The notes beneath the pieces were generated by a model. It was not told the DNA's origin, searched no databases, and saw only the letters and a program-made list of their open reading frames with translations. Shown piece by piece: positions 63,936 to 64,000 of a stretch of DNA of 64,000 nt. The stretch comes from a bacterium. Its GTDB lineage: Bacteria > UBA8248. The stretch spans positions 2,279,682 through 2,343,681 of the forward strand of contig OZ241326.1 in NCBI GenBank assembly GCA_965199855.1. The letters run 5' to 3'. The stretch's first letter is position 1. Each line of letters begins with the position of its first letter. Made by a program: the position numbers and the translations under genes.

Positions 63936-64000
63936 GATATTTTCTTCTGATGGTCTTCGCGCCTGAAGATCAGGAAATAGGAATGGTTCTTTCGCGCGTG

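Noticed and set aside
63896-64000. Minus-strand ORF fragment entering from the right edge (...HARKNHSYFLIFRREDHQKKISYSNFADWLREPI, stop at complement 63896-63898)
   Set aside because: Only 34 codons are visible and no domain is recognisable. It would overlap the restored plus-strand ORF by about 40 nt. It is plausible as a convergent gene but not supportable as a feature from this window alone.

Overview
Very GC-rich bacterial chromosomal fragment (46/60 G+C in a hand-counted core-gene sample), almost fully coding. I support about 65 protein genes and one tRNA-Leu(GAG). I saw no rRNA, CRISPR array, transposase or integrase.

Core content, left to right:
- partial qor-like gene
- TAXI-type TRAP transporter, then a VOC protein, a 2-hydroxyacid dehydrogenase and a citrate-synthase-like / short aconitase / PrpF cluster
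- two tandem 648-codon acyl-CoA synthetase paralogues and tandem TauE/SafE permeases
- EamA, multihaem cytochrome c, yajD, aroA, tenA, tag
- cvpA, rimI
- a block of hydrolase, SDR, sugar-isomerase and pgi genes
- hyuA plus a frameshifted hyuB
- gap-pgk-tpiA-secG
- a peptide-type ABC importer (binding protein and two permeases, no ATPase genes)
- def
- sdhA-anchor-sdhB plus a two-subunit class I fumarase
- an M16 peptidase pair
- ridA, vanZ, yqeY, cupin, GGCT

Many neighbouring genes overlap by 4 nt (ATGA/GTGA/TTGA), which indicates operons. Most long ORFs in the six-frame track are antisense or out-of-frame artefacts of GC richness, with Arg/Gly/Pro/Ala-rich translations.

Accessory signals worth follow-up:
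1. A ~2.1-kb low-GC islet (18.4-20.6 kb) carries a near-consensus promoter and a translationally coupled ABC/OLD-like AAA ATPase (DUF3696-like tail) plus PIN-domain nuclease. This is my best candidate for an uncharacterised ATPase-nuclease defence or abortive-infection pair.
2. Two long imperfect inverted repeats (~280 and ~420 bp, AT-richer, with phased 14-mers) sit in convergent intergenic gaps and bracket a 5.1-kb housekeeping segment.
3. A second low-GC islet at the right edge holds a frameshifted restriction-endonuclease-like ORF.

All function calls rest on my recognition of family motifs in the translations. No database search was possible.
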